From Octopus sinensis (Eukaryota): 64,000 nucleotides of DNA. The DNA is taken from assembly GCF_006345805.1 (NCBI RefSeq), contig NW_021834223.1, forward strand, positions 1-64,000, in the 5' to 3' direction. Made by a program: the position numbers and the translations under genes. How positions within the stretch are numbered: position 1 is the stretch's first letter; each line of letters starts with the position of its first letter. Under the pieces are notes generated by a model. That model had not been told where the DNA came from, made no database searches, and saw only the letters and a program-made list of their open reading frames with translations. Shown one piece after another: positions 40,078 through 52,849 of this stretch.

Positions 40078-40521
40078 AGATAGTATTGCGAAATATTAGC
40101 TCACACTGTACATTCACTGAGAATTATATCAGATGATGGATGCTTCTTTGCCAACGCTATATAGAACAAATTGCTTATATATGTATATATGGCTGGTCAC
40201 TTAGTTTCAGTTGCATACAGTAAAAGCTTTCTCGTTCTCATATGAATCCTAAATTTATTTTTGAAAAATGACAAAGCTAAAATACTATAGCAATTGAGCA
40301 TGCAGACTGTCCACAGGATTAAACATAAGCATGACAGCAATTTCTAAGGGAAAACTGAGGATAATGTGCTCGGAATTTGACATGCTACTATCCTGTAATT
40401 ATGGTATTGTAGAGAAAAGAGCAAAAATTTTGTGAAAGTATACTGGTATAGACACTGGAGTAAATAGTGCATATGCGTTTCTGAAATATATCCAGCACAG
40501 CATTTGAAATTATATTATATA

Positions 40522-40613
40522 ATTCGTAAGATATAATTCGTTAGATATTCGTAAGATATAAAATATCGTAAGATATAAAATATCGTAAGATATAAAATAT
40601 CGTAAGATATAAA
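40522..40613. repeat. 17-bp minisatellite (gatataaaatatcgtaa)n
   Basis: About 3 perfect units plus degenerate ones. Confidence 0.9.
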
Positions 40614-41154
40614 AGAATAACTTTCAGGTTAAGTATATACTGGTTTCAGAAAGAGGAATACTGGGCTCTCAGTGTGTTTGAACCTTTGCAATAAAGCATT
40701 TGTTAATTTTCAATGTGACTTTTCTGATTTACATAATGTTCTTAAAACTCATACACACACACATACATACATACGTGCATACATACATACATAAATACAT
40801 ACCTACAAACATACATAAATACGTATATACATACATAAATACATACATACATACATACATACATACATACATACATACAAACATACATAAATACGTATAT
40901 ACATACATAAATACATACATACATACATACATACATACAACATACATACATACAAGAAATGCTAAGCGTGTCTCTCAAATAATGGCAGGAATATTTTCGA
41001 TATTTTTGCTGCAAAGAGGTTTCAAGAGTGATGTATATATGTATGTATGTTTGCATGTATACATGCATGTATTTATGTACATAGACACACATAGACACAC
41101 ATATATATGTACACGCACACACACACATATATACATATAAATATATTAGGTATG

Positions 41155-41203
<49 letters not shown>

Positions 41204-41298
41204 TATGTAAGTATATATATATATATATATACAGACACACACACATATACTTACATACTTTCATACCACATATATCAGAAAACATAAGCATATATACT

Positions 41299-41365
<67 letters not shown>

Positions 41366-41879
41366 GATCTACGTGTGCGTATGTGTGTTTATTCTTGTCT
41401 TTGTCACAGTTCGTGTAATGTATCAAATAGTACCTAGAAACTATTTTTTGTTGCTAAACCACACCATAAACAACTCAAGTTGGACTTGAATATATCTACC
41501 AGACAGAGTTTTCACCACAGAGTTGAAACCAATGTTCCGATGAGAACTGGTAAACTTTTCACTTTTCTATATGCCTCAGGGTTTCATCATATTCACACCT
41601 CCACTCCTAAATCTGCATATTTCGGAATTGTTCTGCTATAAGTAGTATATAATGATTTCATCTTCAGGAATTATATAATTTATGAATCTCTCTCCTTTTG
41701 TGTCACGTGTAATGGACAGAGTATTAAATTGTTCTGTCTGAATGTCAGCGGTCCACAATGTTTTTCACTTATCTTGTTCATTTTAAGGTTTTTACTATTA
41801 CAAGCATCTAAAACATATCACAAATATTTTATCCATATTTGGACAAAGTGCAAATGACAGAAAACGTATGCTGACGTCA

Positions 41880-42080
41880 TTTTTATTCTTTCTCTGCTAA
41901 CATTTTGCAGCCTACCACAGTATAATCTATATTGTCTACTTTCTGATTACAAGGGAAACATTTATTCTTTGCAGTGGTGAAATAAATACCCTTCCTCAGT
42001 GAACAAGAAATTAATCTTAAGCAGCCAATTGCAAACACTTGGTTTGTCTCCTGAAAACACAATCTTGGAGCCACGCACAT
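41880..42080 (-). mobile_element. RLE-LINE zinc-knuckle fragment
   Basis: KCFPCNQKVDNIDYTVVGCKMLAEKE resembles C..C...ETIDHI..GC..LA..E. Confidence 0.6.
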
Positions 42081-42658
42081 AACCAGTTATTGTATGCCTT
42101 GTTCATAAAACATTAATGGGTGTGATTTGAGGTTAAATTTGGACTGCTATTTCTAGCATCTCAAATGCTCACCTAGATTCTCCCATAGAGCCGGATACTT
42201 AAATGTAAATAAGTTCGGCAATACGTGTTAAGAAATAGTGAATTAATAATAGATAAGAAAGTGAAAACTATAAAGAGAATGACTTTACATTGTTTTTGCT
42301 TTGTTTATTCATAAACTTTGCTAGAATGAACATGGCTTCCGATAAAAGCTAAACAAGAATCTCGTCTTAACCTTAACCTCATCTTACACATAACGAAAAT
42401 ATGAACAGCAGGACCCCAGCGGTGAACAAACAATAGAATATATTGGAAAATATATTTCCAAAATTAGCAACAAATTTGATCTCAAATGCATGAATACTGT
42501 TATACTGATGATGACGATGATTATTGTGCCACCGCTCTTTCCACAATCTCTTAAGTTCTGAGTGCTTCTTTATTATACATACATCGCGCACACACACACA
42601 CATTTACCGAGAACATAGAGGTGCATATACACGTACGTGTTTATGTATATACATGTAT

Positions 42659-42689
<31 letters not shown>

Positions 42690-43934
42690 GATATATATAT
42701 ATTGCTTGAATATACGTGTACTGCATGATATATTTCTACAGTTTTTTAGACTCTATTATTGTTTTGTATTCAAACTAGTATATATCATTCTGATATTTGT
42801 ATTATTTGTCCTAAGACTAATAAAGAATATTCATTTTCTTTCTCTGCCTTCTCCTTGCCATTATTATTAGTATTATTAATATTATCCTTATTCTTATTAT
42901 TATTTAGCATTATTATTTATTATTAATGTATAATATGTATGTGAATAATAATTCTGAAGCCGGGTCAGATGATTGGTTGTCTTTAAAAAGAGACTCACCT
43001 CAGAAAGAACAATTGAGTCAATAAATAAATAGATTTTCTTTATATGGACGTTTTATTTCTAGAATATCATTAAAATATATGAAGCTAAGTTCTAGAGGTT
43101 CATGACATCATAACAAAACCTTCCTAACAATAGAATGTCCGATCTCTTATTTGGATAGAAAAATTATTTCTTATTGTCCATCTTGATAGTTTTGCTCGAA
43201 AATTCCAAGGTAAACGGGATATAATAAATAAAATTATCCTTCTTGTTGCATTACTGAACTTTCTCTATGCTATGTATTAGAAAGCTGTGTATTTATATTA
43301 GACATTATAAATACAAATTTGCAAACTGTATTTATTTTATGTCTGATACCGGTGCTAATAATGACAAATGTTGAGTATAGAAACGATTAATTCATTCATA
43401 AGTTATTTATATATTTGCCAAAAATGCTCTTTTCCCGATGATACTTTGATTAATTTCTTGATTGTGAAAACATTCATTAATAAATTTGTCACTTGGGAAA
43501 ATTGTTAATTAATGTTCTACAGTCTGACTTCGACAGCGTATACTGTGTTGAGAAAATGTCTTGCGTGTAATTATGAATCAAAGTAGAATGGTTTGCAGTC
43601 ACTGAAGTGTTACATTCCATCTTTGACTGAAACACGAAACAACATGCAACGTAGATGTATTGCAGCGGTTTGCGTCATATGAAACACCATAACGTGGCAT
43701 TGTTTACCACGGGCTCTGCAACTAAGATGAGGACCGATAATGACTAGGTCGGTGTGTTAGCAGTGCCAACTCTTCGAGTCACACACTACGAGCCAACGAT
43801 CTGGTCGAATATACCTAAGTAACAACACAGACATTGACGATGATGACGACGACGACGACGACAACGACGATGACAGCAGCAACATAAGCAAAAACAATTA
43901 CAAAAAGTAGCATCAACAACAACAAGAATAATGA

Positions 43935-44080
43935 TCCTTTTTACTATAGGCACAAGTAGTAAAAATCTGTCAGAAGGACTCGATTACTAAACTGACCCCA
44001 GTGCTCACCTGGAACTTAATTTGTCGACTCTGAAGGGATGAAATGTGAAGCCGACATTGGTGGAACGTAAATATAGTCAG
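43935..44080 (-). mobile_element. Diverged SINE family A copy; similar remnants at 51620-51750 (-) and 62420-62585 (+)
   Basis: gaccccagtg..ctggaacttaatttgtcgactctgaagggatgaaa. Confidence 0.7.
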
Positions 44081-44708
44081 GCGTCTCTCTCAGACATAAT
44101 AATATTATATAGACGCTAAGACCAGTTTCCGTTAATTTTGAACAGGCACAATTCATTGTTGTGGTTGTATAGATAAAATCCATCAGGAAAGGATTGCATA
44201 TTGTTGCTATTATGATAAACTGACGTATTTCCAAATTTGGTCAAACACGGTTTTATTTTTCAATATTTATTTTTACTTGCAATAGCCGGTTCTTTTGGTC
44301 AAGATATCGTATCTCCAGCTACTTCAGATACCAAGATATCAAAAATTGTCAAAGTGTAGTACAAGGGTTTTGCTATGGAATGATGAAACTATTTTATTTT
44401 CTGAAAAAAAGCAACTTTTTGGACTTACGACACTTTTTCATGACAGTAATGATATATATTGAAAGTTTTACGACCTTCAGAGAGCTTCGTGTTGAGATAA
44501 GACATGCAAGCAGCTAGATTTCTTAAAGCCACGTATATAACTGTAAAAGTTGAATAACACAAGAACAATATACCAATAATTTATAAATGTTTAGGAAGGA
44601 TTTTTAACTACGTACTTTAAAAAACGACCTATTTCAAAAACGAAAGACCCTTTTGTAGAAATATTCCAGCGCATTAACTGTTGCATTTAACGTGCATTTT
44701 AACACACA

Positions 44709-44753
<45 letters not shown>

Positions 44754-44862
44754 ACACACACATACACTCACACAGATATATATATAATATATATATATAT
44801 ACATATATATACATACACATACAAACGCACACACGCACACACACATACACACACGCACACAC

Positions 44863-44901
<39 letters not shown>

Positions 44902-45926
44902 TCTCAAACGAGTTTTTGCGTAATAAGATAAAAAACCAAGGCTGTCTAGATATTAGAGCATTTATAGATTGAAGATCTTACAGCTGTTTCTAGGATATTT
45001 ATTAATTATATCCCTTTATCGGAGACGGTGTGAGAGGATAGTTAAGTCAAAGTTAGTTTAGATGTGATACAAAATAGAGAGTGAGGTGGAGGAAAGAAAT
45101 TAGATGCAAATGCATATAACCTCATCCCTGCATCTCTCCATACCACCACGCTATAAATCTAGCACGATAGGATTTCGTGTATAGCACAAGATAGTTACGA
45201 TGTCTCTTCTGGTGTATGTTTCTGCTTACAGTCCTGGTAATTTTTCCCAAAATATTCACCACCCGCAAAATACCACGTTTTCTAAAACATAAATTAATGA
45301 GCAGTAGCCCTCTTTCGAAATGAAATGAATCCGTTACTTAAATCTACCTACGTTTAATTATCCGACTATGCAAGTTATATCGTTTCTTGTAAAGATCATA
45401 TGTCTAGCTGCTCGAATGATGCAAACAACGTAGCAAATTTTTATCAGAATCATACCAGAATGAAATATAGAGAAATATGATGACTATTGTCTAAAATCCC
45501 GTATTTGCGTATAGTAATGATTAGATTTCCTAAAGTTGGCATTTTGTTTTTATAATCTCAGGGACAGCTTGTTTGCACCTTCCAGGAATCACGACAACGC
45601 AGAGGGTGGTTCAAAATAATTGTTTCCCCAATTTGACAGCTATGTTATACGTATAGCTATGAATCAGAATCGAGATTTATCGATATGCTTCAGTTTAACG
45701 ACAATAGAAATGAATAAATGCAGAAATCTATTCTAGACGGATTTGAAATCAGAACATTAACATCGAAGTTAACACCGTAGATATGTCTCCAATGCTATAG
45801 CGCTAAACAAGGCAATGTCTTCGTTATTGCATGATAGCAGATATACGTATATCTGTGTGTGTGTGTATGTGTGTATGTGTGTATATATTTATATATGTAT
45901 ATATATATATTATATATATATATATA

Positions 45927-45972
<46 letters not shown>

Positions 45973-46320
45973 ATATGTATATATATATATGTATATATAT
46001 ATATATACGATATACAGCTTTAAAAATTTTTATCAGTAGCCAGTATATAAAAAATAGATCAATTAAGGTGAAATCATATGCATAATTTCTAGCTTATATG
46101 CTGAAAAAAGAAGCTAAATCGTCTGTAAAACTCATTTTATAAAGCAATTCGCAGCAGGAGATTATCTTTTAAAGAACATTTCTACATTCAGTAGTAGTTT
46201 CTTGAGGCGTAAGGTTGGGGATTTTTTCGCATGGAAGTACAATAAACTGAAAAAGATTTTTATATATTTCACGTTAGGCAACCAGGGTTTCTGGTTATGC
46301 AAGTAAGAGTACAAGAATTT

Positions 46321-46454
46321 AGGAATAGAGTAGATAACATCCGGACTACGTATGTTCATAGCGCGAGGAACCTCGGAAGGGGTAAATATCCAAGCGAGGT
46401 GTATACCGCTGGCTATGAAGCATATGTAACACGGATGTTAACTACTCCATTCCT
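46321..46454. repeat. Imperfect foldback, ~42-bp arms
   Basis: ggaatagagtagataacatccg...ttcatagc / gctatgaag...cggatgttaactactccattcc. Confidence 0.85.
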
Positions 46455-46549
46455 CAAGTCCTGTATATATATATATATATTATATATATATATACACTTA
46501 CATATACACACGCACATATATATATATGTACATATACACTTACATACAC

Positions 46550-46647
<98 letters not shown>

Positions 46648-46772
46648 AGCACCCACAGACGTATCTAAGGACGACAAGAGACTGACTCGACAAATATATA
46701 TACATAAATATTTTTAGAACTTCTGTGCATACTTATGTATATGTATGCATGTATATATGTGTATATATATAT

Positions 46773-46806
<34 letters not shown>

Positions 46807-46808
46807 GT

Positions 46809-46870
<62 letters not shown>

Positions 46871-46996
46871 TTTATATATATATATATACATACATATATC
46901 TATTTATATATATATGTATGTATATACACACCGTGTGTACCGTTGGCGATTTTTTTTCCTCTCTCTTCCCTTCTCTGGATCTTTCCTTCTCCTATA

Positions 46997-47029
46997 TTTC
47001 CGACGAAGAGCTCCGCTCGAAACGTTAAA
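46997..47029 (+). ncRNA. Minimal Penelope-type hammerhead-like motif (U4C variant)
   Basis: ttt-CCGACGA-A-GAGC-tcc-GCTC-GAA-ACGT-T-aaa. Confidence 0.5.
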
Positions 47030-47495
47030 CCCTTCTTCTTTCCTTCTTTCCTGAGCGTCCAATAATACTACATTTGTTCCACGTCCTCGCGTTGCTGTGT
47101 TTTTTTGTGTTTTCTTGTTTGGATTAACTTTATATATATATATATATATATATTATAATAAAGGACGCAAACCAAAACAATACATAATTTTCAAAGCATA
47201 TGATTCATGCGTTTCATGTTTTGCGTGGTGTTGAATTGTATTAACTGACGAAGATCTTTCGTAAGGGATGTCTTTTCTATTATATATTACACAATGATAT
47301 GAAACCTATGTACAGAGTGCCTTCAAAAAAGCATTTTATCGTTTGACTTCATTACTATAATGCATACGACTAAATGCCAGTATAAGCTACTCTGTCCTGA
47401 CTCCACTTATGCGGATAATCAAACTAGTAACTGGAGTAGTCCGTTATCCTTGTCTCACGTCGAAAATTCTGGTATCGTGTATTGAGTCCATGCAT

Positions 47496-47612
<117 letters not shown>

Positions 47613-47613
47613 G

Positions 47614-47780
47614 GGGGTTTTTTGGCAACAAGTTGCTTAAACCATATACCGAAAATATTAGAAATAGCAGCCAAGGACTACTATTTGCTTTTACTACAAA
47701 AATAAATCTCCACTAGTCCTTTGGCTGCTATTTCTAATATTTTCGGTATGTGGTTTAAGCAATTTATTGCAAAAAACCCT
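47614..47780. repeat. Foldback, ~66-bp arms
   Basis: ttgcttaaaccatataccgaaaatattagaaatagcagccaaggacta / tagtcctttggctgctatttctaatattttcggtatgtggtttaagcaa. Confidence 0.95.
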
Positions 47781-47888
47781 TATTATTATAATTATATAAA
47801 TTTTTACCGAATATGGTCCTTTTCCATACCGAAATACTACTAGGTGAAATTTGTTGATTTTATGAAATTAATCATATTTCACCCTTTA

Positions 47889-47940
<52 letters not shown>

Positions 47941-47945
<5 letters not shown>

Positions 47946-48188
47946 GAATGAAAGAATGGAGTCGAACGACGATTTAACAAAATTCCTTTATTCTCGACAT
48001 CTTAAGTCCGAAGGAATAAAGGGTGCATTAGGCCGCCTTCTCATTAGAAAAGACAAGGAACTGATGAGAAGGCGGCATAATGCACCCTTTATTCCTTCGA
48101 AACTAAGAATATGCAGTCTTCGAAACATATGTCGAGAATAAAGGAATTTTGTTAAATCGTCGTTCGACTCTATTCTTTCATTTATTTA
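47941..48188. repeat. Palindrome (arms 47941-48047 and 48061-48188) around a 13-nt spacer
   Basis: gaaagaatggagtcgaacgacgatttaacaaaattcctttattctcgacat and its reverse complement; the left arm has an internal deletion. Confidence 0.95.
48052..48133 (+). ncRNA. Type I hammerhead ribozyme candidate with an intact core
   Basis: GAA-CTGATGA-GAAGG...CCTTC-GAA-ACT..AGT-C-TTC. All conserved core nucleotides are present and the cleavage triplet is GUC at 48116-48118. Confidence 0.7.
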
Positions 48189-48604
48189 TAGTAAAAAAAA
48201 ACACACAATTCGGTTAACCGAATTATCCATACTAGGATAATTCATTCAACTATATATATATATATATATATATATATTTAATTAATCACAGGTCATAATA
48301 AGTAAGTCTACCTGCTGGAAATAACAGTCAAGAGTCTTATCTAAATCTATTTAAATCGCCAAAATACACTGTGAACATCTACAGAAATCAACCGTACATT
48401 TAAGTATTTGGACACACGTACATATATTCTTTCATTCTTTTACTTGTTTCTGTCCTCTGACTGCGGTCATGCTGGAGCCGAGGATTACTTTGCCTTTCAT
48501 CCGTACGGGGTCGATAAAATAAATTCCACTTGGACATTTGAGTCGATGTAGTCGATCTACCCCCGTACTCTTTCACTATGCCAAGTTTTAAAGCCTATAT
48601 ATAT

Positions 48605-49662
48605 AGAGAGAACGGTGTTCCACAGGGCACTGTTTTGGGACCACTACTGTTCATAATGGCCCTCTCAGACATGCCCTCAGCCACGCGGAGAGCCACGATC
48701 ACAAATAAATGCAGATGATACAGGCAATACAGAACCCTAGAGACACTAAGCACCTGCAAAATATACAAGTGGGCTGAAAAGAATAGCATGCAGTTCAATG
48801 CTGAAAAGTTTCAAGCTTTATGCTATCAGCATGCAAAACTAAATGCAATACCCAATGAATACACTGGACCCGGAGGGATTGCAATCCCAGAGGCACAATC
48901 AGTGCGTGACATGGGTAATTACATGAGTGATGACGCAACCTTTCATGTACATGTTTCTAAATTGGCAATGAAATGTAGACGGCTGGCCGGATGGATTTTT
49001 AGAACCTTTAGAACAAGAGACCAAGAAACCATGATGGTCCTCTGGAGGACACTTGTCCTAAGCCACTTTGACTATTGCTCTCAGCTATGGTCACCATCCA
49101 GTGTCAAGTTGATCACAGAACTTGAGGCGATCCAACGAAGCTACACGAAGAAGATAGCCTCTGTGCAGCATATAAGCTACTGGGAAAGTCTCAAGAGATT
49201 AAAACTCTATTCCTTGGAGCGTAGGCGAGAAAAATATGCCATAATATACCTCTGGAAGATCCTGGAAGGACTTGTCCCAAACTTTGGCATCGAGAGTTAC
49301 ACAAATGCCAGAACTGGGCGCCACTGCGTGGTGCCAAGGACTCCAAATTTGCCATCAAGATGTAGGACAAGATACTGTGATAGCCTGGGCTTCAGAGGCC
49401 CACAGCTCTTCAATATCCTCCCGAAGAACCTGAGGGACCTGCATGGGGTGGATGCGGATGTCTTTAAAGTAGGACTGGATCTCTTCCTGTCAGGTGTCCC
49501 GGATGAACCAGCTTCACGGCAGGATGTGCGGATGAGGGCAGCTGCATCGAACTCTCTCATGCACCAAATGGCAGTTGCTAAAAAGCATTCGTGAGGTAAA
49601 ATCATGTAACAACACCAAATGGCGGTGCCCCAGCATGGCCACAGCTCGTGAGCTGAAACTAG

Positions 49663-49665
<3 letters not shown>
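48605..49665 (+). mobile_element. 5'-truncated CR1-like LINE (RT C-terminal half; ORF 48788-49594)
   Basis: GVPQGTVLGPLLF, frameshifted (Y)[35 protein letters not shown]; the 3' tail runs into (TA)n. Confidence 0.95.
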
Positions 49666-49728
<63 letters not shown>

Positions 49729-50009
49729 ATATATATTCATATATGAAACCATATCTGTAAAGTGTTTGTGTGTATATGTGTCCATTTATACATATAAGTA
49801 TCGTATTCAAATTGAATAATTAAAAATAGAAATAAAAAATAATTATAAAAATCACGGAATGCTGAGAGCAGAGTCTGGCAATTTATCTGTTATATGAATT
49901 AGAACATGTCACTAGCAATGGAAAGAAATCTACTAAACGAAATGCATAATTCTGAAGGCTTTCAGAAGTATTGTCTAAGTAATTCTCAAATGAATTCTGA
50001 CATATATAT

Positions 50010-50040
<31 letters not shown>

Positions 50041-50350
50041 TTGATTATAAACACGCGCATACATATATGGCTGTGTGCACATTTACATACACATATTAAC
50101 AATATATACAAAGAATGTTGCATATTTTCTCACCCCCACCTTTTTCTCTCTGTCTATTTTTCTCCCTTCTATGCAGATACATACTTACAATTATACTTAT
50201 TCAAAAAGACAAACGCACGTATATTAATGTGTAGTGTGCATACATACATACATATATATATAAAAACGTATAAATATGTGTATGTATATGTTTATTCGAA
50301 TATATACATACATACATATATATATATACATATATAAATATACATATATA

Positions 50351-50384
<34 letters not shown>

Positions 50385-51291
50385 CATAAGTATGTGCCCG
50401 TATATATACAGACACATAAATATAGAGACACATTGATAGCTATATGGAACAGTAATCAAGATTCTGTAAGTGTAGATATTATTTACGTTATTTTCTTTAT
50501 CGTGCTGCACAGCAGTTGAAATGTCGAATGAGCAGCACATAGGCGCCAGGGGTTACGAAGCAGACGTTAAGATAAACTTTGCTGAACTCCCCTTTAAAAA
50601 AAAAAAAAAAAGATGCTGCTTCATTCAAGCAGTTGAAGACACATGTCTGGTCATTTCATTCATGATGGAAGGTGGCGAGCCAAAACACGTACGACTTAGT
50701 TTATGTCGGCGATGCTCCGGTTGTGTTGTTATTAGTCTGTGATGCTAAGTAGCGGTAATTGTGTAGACTGTGTTGCTCTTCTTTAACTGACTTGCACTTA
50801 TTTGTGCCGACGTTAATCATGTTCTTTTTATTTGACCTCCAGCTGAACTCCGGTGAAAGTCAACCCTGATCGAAATAGTCCTATAATTAAAGGCACCCTA
50901 TCCATAATGATGTATGCTTTTCGGGATATGTATTGAAAGTGGCTAATTTTAATATTTTAATAGAGGGAAAAATCTTATCGAACGTTTATTTATTTCAAAA
51001 TTAGGGCATCCCAAACACGTTCAAGTTGTTACATCTACTTAATGTTATCAGCCAGTTATTTATATCTAATATGTACCACCAGAAAGTGATAACAATAAAA
51101 GACTGTCACTAAATTAAACTGTAAATTAAACTGTAGAATGTGATATGGGGAAAAATGTAGCTGCCACTATCAGTAGCTTGAAGTAATGATTTCTTCGTCG
51201 ACTTTTGCTTTGCGATGTTTAAAAGTCTGGATATATTTTCGTTATGTGTTCATCTCTGATCAAAGTTTACATTGATTATGATCTTATTCAG

Positions 51292-51350
51292 AAATCAAGC
51301 CGCATTCACGGACGATCGTGGGTTGTTCATATGTTCCATGTTTTGCTTCT
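51292..51350 (+). other. Candidate 59-nt exon
   Basis: Flanked by atcttattcag and gtaagt, with all three frames open; no protein family recognised. Confidence 0.2.
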
Positions 51351-52327
51351 GTAAGTCCCGATTAGACGAAGACACGCACAATTCTTCCATTATTTGACTC
51401 AAGACACATCCTGGGGGATAGGTAGAGCTGGACTACGAGAGCGGTACGCATTATTATTATGTGAATAGAATGTAAATGAAGTTCGTTGTTCCTGAACAAA
51501 ACACGTATTCTAGGTCAGGAATTGAAACCCCGGACACTGATCGCGTACAACTGAACAACTTGAACGCAAAGCGACGTGCAAGATTTATCCCTGTAATTAC
51601 CTTTTAATTACTTAGATTCCCAATTTTGGCACATAGCAAGCAATTTCGAAGAAGGGGTTAAGGCGATTAAATCGTCCCCAGTGTTTAATTAATAATTATT
51701 CTATCGACCGCGAAAAGATATAAGCCAAAGTCGAACCCGGCGGAATTTGAGCTTAAATTAATATTATCGACTGTTAGGGCGACCACAGCTTCAGTTTGGG
51801 CAACACCATTTGTGTAGAATTTGGTAAACAAATGCTGTGTAAATACACAACTTATATATATGAACGTGTGATTCTGTGTAAATATGCATCGTCTATCAAT
51901 ATATATATTCATGAATACTGCGATGCTAATCGCCAATGTTGGTAGAATGTGTAGTCTGATGATTGGGATCGTGAAATTCGACCAACTAGATGCGAAAGGC
52001 GAACGGAAAGAATTATAAACAACTCTCGCTTCTCGGCATGGAGTACTATTTGGAATGTTTTACCTGTATCTATACACTTCACACACACATACACACACAA
52101 ATACATACACACAAAAAGATGTCTACATAAACACGCTCACTTATAGATCACTCTAATTGCATATGAAGCTAGTGTACATGTTCTCTATCACTTTCTTTAT
52201 TCAAATATGCAACAGAACATTGTTTCCAACATTGACAATGCACGTGCGCCATCGGTGAACCTGACTCCCGATTCCCCTTTCAAAAATTTCAGGTGTGGAT
52301 TGTTCTACTCACTTCTTGTTGCACACC

Positions 52328-52546
52328 AGAGGGGATGTTGTTAAGTGCCTGGTTTTTTGGGTATCACAAAAGATCTGTTTGGAGGCCCAAACTTCCGAGT
52401 TCTTTTACAAAGCTTAGAAAAACTGAAGGACCGCTGCAATGAGTGTGTAAATCTGGGAGGGGAATATGTTAAATAAAATCATAATTATCTGATCCTCCTA
52501 TATTGTCTTTTACCCAGAGCCAGGAAATTTTCAGCACCTGCTCGTA
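52328..52546 (+). mobile_element. Mariner-derived MITE, copy 1
   Basis: EAQTSEFFYK.LEKLKDRCNECVNLGGEYVK* followed by the TIR ccaggaaattttcagcacc; matches 61525-61748 inverted. Confidence 0.8.
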
Positions 52547-52601
52547 AAAATAAAATAAACATCATCCGTATCCTTATCCTCCTCCTCCTCCTCCTCCTCA
52601 T

Positions 52602-52633
<32 letters not shown>

Positions 52634-52849
52634 GCAGAAGTAACAGCAACAGTAGCAGCAGCCCCTGTGATATATCATCAGCTCAGTGCCGATGAGTGTC
52701 CTTCATTAGAAGGAGCAAACAGAAGTCGAACGGCGTAATATGGGTATTCGGGTAGTTGGAGGAGCGCTCACCTGCTCAAATTGCCAGTTGCCCCAATCTT
52801 CGTAAACTGATTTGTAGTTGTACCTTATCATGGTACTTATGGAACATTT

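Noticed and set aside
52689-52727. Hammerhead-like CCGATGA-stem-AAAC..GTC
   Set aside because: U4 is changed, G12 is missing and no stem I forms; too degenerate to call.
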